Of a stretch of DNA of 64,000 bases, positions 61,716 to 64,000 are shown piece after piece. A program made the position numbers and the translations under genes. The notes beneath the pieces were generated by a model. The model saw only the letters and a list, made by a program, of their open reading frames with translations, was not told where the DNA came from and searched no databases. This DNA is from Armatimonadota bacterium (GTDB taxonomy: Bacteria > Armatimonadota > UBA5829 > DTLH01), in the NCBI GenBank assembly GCA_029551395.1, contig JAKPFN010000046.1, forward strand, positions 15,752 through 79,751. The letters are read 5' to 3'. Positions within the stretch are counted from its first letter, which is position 1, and each line of letters starts with the position of its first letter.

Positions 61716-63642
61716 ATAACTGCTGTCTTATATCAGCCTCTACTTCAGTTATCTGCTCGCAGACCTGTTCCCACTCAGAATAAAAACCGTTGAGCTTGCC
61801 TGTCAAATCTTCAAATTCCCTGGAAAGCTCTCCAGCAGTGCCGTTGCGGTAGGTCTCTTCGTCTGCAAGCGCCTCAGTTATCTCATTCAAGCGAGATTCA
61901 GTATGCTCTATAGCAGATTCAAATTCTTTCTGCTGTTTTACAAGCTCTTTCAGAAGCCTTTGCCTGGCTTTTAGCGGTGAATCCGGCCGTTTTGGTAGGG
62001 CAGGGGACTTCTTTGGTGCATACCGAGGAGTGACAGGCTCGGGCGGCGGTGCTGTTTTTTCCTTATAGCTGGAGTAATTGCCGATGTAGCGCGTGCATGT
62101 GCCATCTTTTATTTCCAGAATATCAGAAGAGATAGCATCGAGCAGATAACGATCATGTGAAGCCACAAGAACCGTTCCATTGAAGGCTTTTAGAGCATCC
62201 TCAAGTGCTTCTCTGGAGCGGATATCCAGATGGTTGGTCGGCTCGTCGAGTAGAAGCAGGTTCGGATTGTTGGCCAGCACCTTTGCAAGTGCCAACCGGC
62301 ATAACTCTCCGCCTGAAAGCACATCAACTTTCTTGAATGCATCATCTCCCATAAACAGGAATTGAGCCAGAAGGTCCCGAGCCTCACCGGATGTCAGGTC
62401 TGCATCTGCCAGCAGTTCTTCGATCACTGTTCTGCTGGGAACAAGGTGGTCGAACTCCTGCGCAAAGTAGACTGGTATCACATTGTGGCCGAATATCACT
62501 TCGCCAGCATCGGCATCAGACCGTCCTGCAAGTATTTTGAGCAAGGTAGTCTTTCCACTGCCGTTCGGCCCAACAATCCCTATCTTCTGGCTTCGTTCAA
62601 CTGTGATGCTAAACTCGTTAAACAGTGTCTTACCAGGAAAAGTCTTGGTAAGACCTTCAATGTTAATTACTTCACGTCCGCTTCTCGTTGTTTCAGTAAA
62701 AGTTAGTTTGATTGTCCTCTTGTCTTGAGGATTTGTGATTCTTGATATCCGTTGAAGCTGTTTGATCTTGTTATCGCGCCGGCTGAACTTGCGATCGCTG
62801 AAAAGTGTCTGGATTGCTGTCTCAATTCTCGAAATTTCTTTCTGTTGGAGCTTATACTGCTTGCGCTGTTCTTCGATTCGATCTGCTTTCTGTTTTGCGT
62901 ATGCTGAGTAATTACCTGGATATGTATAAGCAGTCTGATCATCTATCTCTACGACCTTGCTCACTACCCGGTCGATAAAATACCTGTCATGGCTGACAAT
63001 TAGCGCTGCTCCCTGGTATTTTTCATTGAGAAACGTCTGGAGCCATTCACAGGCTTGAATATCAAGATGGTTAGTTGGCTCGTCGAGCAATAGTATATCA
63101 GGTGAGAGCAAAAGCAGGCGTGCAAGCGCGGCTCTTGTCTTTTGACCGCCGCTAAGAGACTGTATAGGTTTGTTAAAGTCTGATTCGTGGAAACCTAGAC
63201 CGATAAGTATTGCCCTGGCCTTTATTTGATAGTCGAAACCGTGAAGATTATCGAACCGATGGCTTACCTCAGCGTATCGAATACCAAGAGAATGTGCCTG
63301 ATCCGAAGCTGCTTGTTCCATCTCTTGCTCAATCCTGGCTAGTTCACAGGCACAGTCAAAAAGCTCAGGTGTAACAGCCATCACAGATAGATGCAGCGGA
63401 GCTACATCCGGGAGATCGACTTCCTGTGGTAGATAACCTACTGTTATTCCAGGTTCTTTAGATACCGTACCTGCATCATATGATTCCTCACCGGAGATGA
63501 TACGCAGGATTGTAGTCTTACCAGTGCCGTTAGCGCCAATTAGCGCCACTCGCTCGTGCTCGTTAATAAAAAACGATACATCCCGCAACAGATCTCTTGT
63601 GCCGAATGATTTTTTGATATTCGAAAGTGTGATAATAGCCAT
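61714..63642 (-). CDS. ABC-F family ATPase with C-terminal coiled coil
   Basis: Two NBDs (GANGTGKTT, LSGGQ, LLDEPTNHLD; GPNGSGKTT, LSGGE), no TMs; alternative ATG at 63669. Confidence 0.95.
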   Translation of the reverse strand: MAIITLSNIKKSFGTRDLLRDVSFFINEHERVALIGANGTGKTTILRIISGEESYDAGTVSKEPGITVGYLPQEVDLPDVAPLHLSVMAVTPELFDCACELARIEQEMEQAASDQAHSLGIRYAEVSHRFDNLHGFDYQIKARAILIGLGFHESDFNKPIQSLSGGQKTRAALARLLLLSPDILLLDEPTNHLDIQACEWLQTFLNEKYQGAALIVSHDRYFIDRVVSKVVEIDDQTAYTYPGNYSAYAKQKADRIEEQRKQYKLQQKEISRIETAIQTLFSDRKFSRRDNKIKQLQRISRITNPQDKRTIKLTFTETTRSGREVINIEGLTKTFPGKTLFNEFSITVERSQKIGIVGPNGSGKTTLLKILAGRSDADAGEVIFGHNVIPVYFAQEFDHLVPSRTVIEELLADADLTSGEARDLLAQFLFMGDDAFKKVDVLSGGELCRLALAKVLANNPNLLLLDEPTNHLDIRSREALEDALKAFNGTVLVASHDRYLLDAISSDILEIKDGTCTRYIGNYSSYKEKTAPPPEPVTPRYAPKKSPALPKRPDSPLKARQRLLKELVKQQKEFESAIEHTESRLNEITEALADEETYRNGTAGELSREFEDLTGKLNGFYSEWEQVCEQITEVEADIRQQL

Positions 63643-63650
63643 TTTACGCG

Positions 63651-63724
63651 AAAAAGCCGTGAGCCACATGTCCCACGGCCTGTTTTACTGATGAAATTGT
63701 ACTGCCGTAAGGCGAACGTGTCAA
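63651..63724 (-). promoter_or_regulatory. ABC-F promoter and leader hairpin
   Basis: TTGACA-17 nt-TACAAT (63724-63696), then GCCGTGGG-loop-CTCACGGC-TTTTT before the ATG. Confidence 0.6.
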
Positions 63725-63796
63725 CGCAAACGAAGTATGGAATAATAATCTCAGCTATAGCTTAAGCTCTGGCTGTATAAATTAGAGGTGATACCA

Positions 63797-64000
63797 ATGC
63801 AGGCATGGGAAACAGTATTCCTAAATACACCCAGGTTGTTTGAGACAGTAGATGTCTATTTTCGAGGCAGGAAGTGCCAGACATCGCATATTTCAACAGT
63901 AGAGACAATCGAAGGCACAGACCCGGTTCAGTATCGTGTGAAGACAATGTCAGGTGGAGTCTATATAGGCCCGATTGGCACAGAAGAAGAAGCGGCTGCA
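63797..64000 (+). CDS. Hypothetical protein, runs off window
   Basis: GAGGTG SD, open frame MQAWETVFLNTPRLFETVDVYF... to the window end; not in ORF track. Confidence 0.6.
   Translation, partial: MQAWETVFLNTPRLFETVDVYFRGRKCQTSHISTVETIEGTDPVQYRVKTMSGGVYIGPIGTEEEAAA

Overview
Bacterial chromosomal window of moderate GC, densely coding, with no intact rRNA or tRNA, CRISPR array, transposase or phage gene visible. The gene content (GuaB3-type IMPDH, an lptC-lptA-lptB-lptF/G-DUF3084-YqgF operon, many FHA and Ser/Thr kinase genes) suggests a diderm Terrabacteria lineage such as Armatimonadota; this is inference only. Housekeeping genes include an OGG1-like glycosylase, rho, hpt, guaA, guaB3, pyrG, thiD, yebC, nadE, serC, nnr, acpS, lptB, alr, a sugar isomerase/kinase/aldolase operon and an ABC-F. 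Two Ser/Thr phosphosignalling clusters stand out. (1) 21369-30114 (-): three FHA proteins, vWA, RDD, PP2C and a TPR receptor kinase, carrying repeated T-Q-hydrophobic motifs and a shared CxxC..CxC motif. (2) 48735-57619 (+): a single-chain helix-hairpin-helix + SEDS (RodA) + class B PBP fusion, followed by FhaA-like, FhaB-like, PstP-like and probable pseudokinase genes, which looks like a rewired actinobacterial-type fhaA-fhaB-pstP-rodA-pbpA-pkn module. Less obvious features are a tRNA-Ser(UGA) fragment between duplicated nnr 5' ends, a probable ATT start codon, a REPIN-like palindromic element and a terminator-like hairpin in the ABC-F leader. All family assignments come from reading motifs by eye; no database searches were run.
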